Below, in pieces: positions 35,731 to 38,827 of a stretch of DNA of 38,827 nt (positions within the stretch are counted from its first letter, which is position 1; each line of letters opens with the position of its first letter). The position numbers and the translations under genes were made by a program. Origin of the DNA: Pseudomonadota bacterium (GTDB taxonomy: Bacteria > Pseudomonadota > Gammaproteobacteria > UBA4575); the NCBI GenBank assembly GCA_039030355.1, contig JBCCEI010000003.1, positions 1 through 38,827 of the forward strand, given 5' to 3'. The notes below the pieces were generated by a model, which worked only from the letters and a program-made list of their open reading frames with translations, was not told the origin of the DNA and searched no databases.

Positions 35731-38486
35731 TCTGAGTATGCCTTAAAACTCACTCTAAAAAATAAACTATATAAAACAGGTACAAGTAACAAAGTTAAAA
35801 GTGTTGCGAATAATAATCCAAATATGATCGTAACGGCCATGGGTCTAAACATAGCAGTGCCACCCCACCATAATGGCATCATGCCTAAAACTGTTGTTGC
35901 TGTTGTCAGTAAAATGGGCCTCAATCTTTGTTGACAAGCATCTACAATGGCTTGTTTAACTTGTTTGCCTAGCTCATCAATTTCTATTTTGATTCTATCA
36001 ATCAGCACAATTGCATTGTTGATGATGATGCCGGATAAAGATATCAAGCCTAGCAAAGTAAAAAAGCCTAACGAAGAATTTGCTAGTAATAGCCCTGCAG
36101 TTACGCCGATAATTCCCAATGGAATAGTTGCGAGAATGATAAGAGGGCGTCTTACAGAATTAAATTGGGCTACCAAAAGCAAAAGAATAGCCATTCCTGC
36201 AATAGGCAGTTTAGCAGCAATAGAAGCGTTTCCTTTTTCAGCCTCTTCTGATTCCCCGCCTTCATTATAGTAGTAGTCTCTTGGCCAAGATTTATGAGTT
36301 TCTTCAAGCCATGGGGATAATGTTTTATTTACCTCAGCTGCAGTCGCATCTTTTCGTAATTTTGCTTTCAGTGTGATGGTTCTATCTCGATCGCGGCGTT
36401 CGATCATCCCAGGTTCAAAAACTAAATGAATATCTGCAACTTGCTTAAGTGGAACAGATTGGCCTGTTGCTTCTGAGTACACGCTCGTGCCGTCTAATTT
36501 ACCTATGTCTTGTCGATCTGCTGCAACGGAGCGTAATGTAATAGGAATCAGTTTGTCATCTTCTCTAAATTCAGTCATATCTATGCCAGATAAGCTTGCA
36601 TTAAGAGAATAAGCAACATCGTCACTGGTTACGCCTGCGCGCCGTGCACGTTCTTGATCTACCTCGACTAACAGTTTTTTAGTTTGTTTACCCCAAGTAT
36701 TTTTGACATGTGTAACAAGCGGGTTTGCATATAAATAGTTCGTAATATTATCTGTTATTTTATATAGCTCATTGATATTAGGCCCTGAGACACGAATTTG
36801 TATGGGATAACCTACTGGTGGTCCATTTTCCAAACGACTTAGGCGGAGATTTAAATCTGGATGATGTTTCGCTGCATATGCTTCAATACCAGCAATAATA
36901 GGTTCTACATCTTTCCCACTTATAGAATTTGCAATGACAAAAGAATTTGCGGGATTTTGATTAGGTGGGTTAAGGCCAAGATCTAAACGAGGTCCACCTT
37001 CACCAACAAATGTGAGCCAGTTTTTAATTTTTGCATCACCTTCTTTGGGCTTATAATAATTTTCATAGATAAATTGATCTATATCTTCAATTACTGCTTG
37101 ATTCGATTCAATTGAGGTGCCTAAAGGCATTTCTAATGCGCCATTGAATACCGGATCCTCAGAAGGTTCAATAAAAGCAACTCTTACATAAGCCAAACCT
37201 TGAATTGCTGTGAAAAATAAGACTGATATAAAAATACCAAATATAAGCTTATGTTTAAGTGAGAAAAGTAAAATACTTTTATATAAAGCATAAAAAGGCC
37301 CTGAGAATGATGTTTGTGAAGAATTATCAGAAGCTTGTTTTTTATTTCTTAATGAAAAAGCCGATAACATTGGTATAAAAGTCATCGCAATACACCACGA
37401 AACTAAGAGTGTAATTGTGACAACATAGAAAATATCTGAGGTGTATTCACCTACAGCTGACTCTGCAAGTGCAATCGGCATAAAAGCGGCACTTGTGGTT
37501 AGTGAAGAGGTTAATAAAGGCAAAAATAACTCACGCCCTGATTCTATTGCTGCATCAATTGCAGAGGACCCTGCATCGTATTTAACCAAGATTGATTCAA
37601 CCATTACGATTGCGTTATCCACCAATAGTCCAAGCGAAATTATTAGTGCCGCAAGTGATATTTGATTGATATCAATTCCGAATATCTGCATTACAAATAT
37701 TGCAATAATCATTGCAATAGGAATCAAGCTGGCAACAACCAGTCCGGTTTTTAGGCCCAACATTATTACGATGACAATACATACGATCGCAACAGCTTGT
37801 AGTAAGCTTACGATGAAATCGTTAACACTGTTCTCGACTAAATTGGCTTGAAACCATATTTTTTCTATTTCGATTCCCCAAGGGTAAAGAGTTTGAATTT
37901 CTGGAACTAAGGCGTTTAATTGTGCTCCAAGCTTTAGAATATCTCCTCCCTCGCGCATCGAAATTCCAATTGCGATTGTGGTTTTTCCATTTGCGCGCGC
38001 GATACTCTCCGGCGGATCTTCATAGTCGCGAAATATATTTGCGATGTCACCTAGATATACGACACTGCCATTTGGAACTGGAATAACTGTCTTACGTAAA
38101 TCTTCCAGAGTTTCAAAATTACCTGTGGGTTCTAAAACAATTCTTTCTCTTCCTGTTAAGATGTCGCCGCCTGATGAAAGTATATTGACAGTACTTAAAA
38201 CAGCAGAAAGTTGTTTTGGAGAAATTCCAAGTTCGGTGAGTCTTGCATTGTCATATTCAACGAATATAGACTCTTTTTGCACACCGTGTAAATTAACTTT
38301 GGCAACATCTGGAAGTTTTAATAATCGGTCACGAATATCGTCTGCAACATCTTTTAATTCTGCATAACTGTAGCCATCACCAGTTAGTGTATAAACACTG
38401 CCAAATACATCTCCATATTCATCATTAACAAAAGGCTCGCTCGCTCCATCCGGTAGTTCTGATTGAACATCAGCAACTTTTTTATC
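35727..38486 (-). pseudogene. AcrB/AcrD/AcrF-family RND permease, 5'-truncated
   Basis: GLLVDNAIV, GIIINNAIVLID, RLRPILLTT. Homologous frame extends upstream of the listed GTG to 38486 (DKKVADVQSELPDG..PFVNDEYGDVFG), then meets TAA at 38487-38489. TM1 and the first periplasmic subdomain are missing. Confidence 0.75.
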
Positions 38487-38766
38487 TTATTTTTCTACTG
38501 TATGATGATTCACAATGTTTCCCTTATCGATGAGACTATTTTGAGTTTTTACTGCTCATGAGACTCCGTTATCTACCTCTATAATTTCTTCAACAAAAAA
38601 GCAAAGTATTTTGGGATTTAATAGAAGTAGTAAAATGTTTCTGCGTGTAAAAGAGAGAAGCAATACCTAAAAATAGTATTTTTGCTCAGGATATCTTTAC
38701 GTGTAATGCACCCTTTAATTCAGGCCTAATTATATTGAGCATTAGATCTGCACTAAGGATATATAA

Positions 38767-38827
38767 ATGGTGGTCCCAGAATCGTTTGATTTTGAGCGTG
38801 ACGTACTTCGTGGTGGAGTGTGGGATC
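38767..38827 (+). CDS. Possible start of a gene running off the window
   Basis: AAGGA then ATG; open frame MVVPESFDFERDVLRGGVWD to the edge. Too short to assign. Confidence 0.35.
   Translation, partial: MVVPESFDFERDVLRGGVWD

Noticed and set aside
2055-38367. Antisense and overlapping short ORFs in the track (e.g. 2055-2477, 11493-11873, 22824-23186, 32824-33303, 35947-36270, 38044-38367)
   Set aside because: Shadow frames of well-supported genes with no recognisable motifs.

Overview
AT-rich chromosomal segment, most likely from a sulfur-oxidising gammaproteobacterium (inferred from gene content). The core is a lineage-I APS reductase operon aprM-aprB-aprA (15744-19001) with no sat in the window. 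It is flanked by a divergent orphan CbbQ/NorQ-type AAA+ ATPase and a downstream block encoding a SlyD-like PPIase, a TPR protein, a YCII protein, two tandem paralogues and an unannotated 53-aa ORF. About 15 kb away is a HIT + GalT-family pair that may encode the alternative APS-consuming enzyme APAT (ADP sulfurylase). The window also holds an NsrR/single-domain globin module with a clear palindromic operator, fpr, a kdsD-like gene, SixA plus a Hanks-type kinase, an orphan AHAS large subunit, an AsmA protein with an internal duplication, aqpZ, an htpX pseudogene and a 5'-truncated RND pump. The most unusual non-coding signal is a pair of 30-bp imperfect-palindromic direct repeats (6407-6436 and 6818-6847) that bracket ybaN like a gene cassette. 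No rRNA, tRNA, CRISPR array, transposase or integrase was seen. All calls come from reading motifs by eye; no searches were run.
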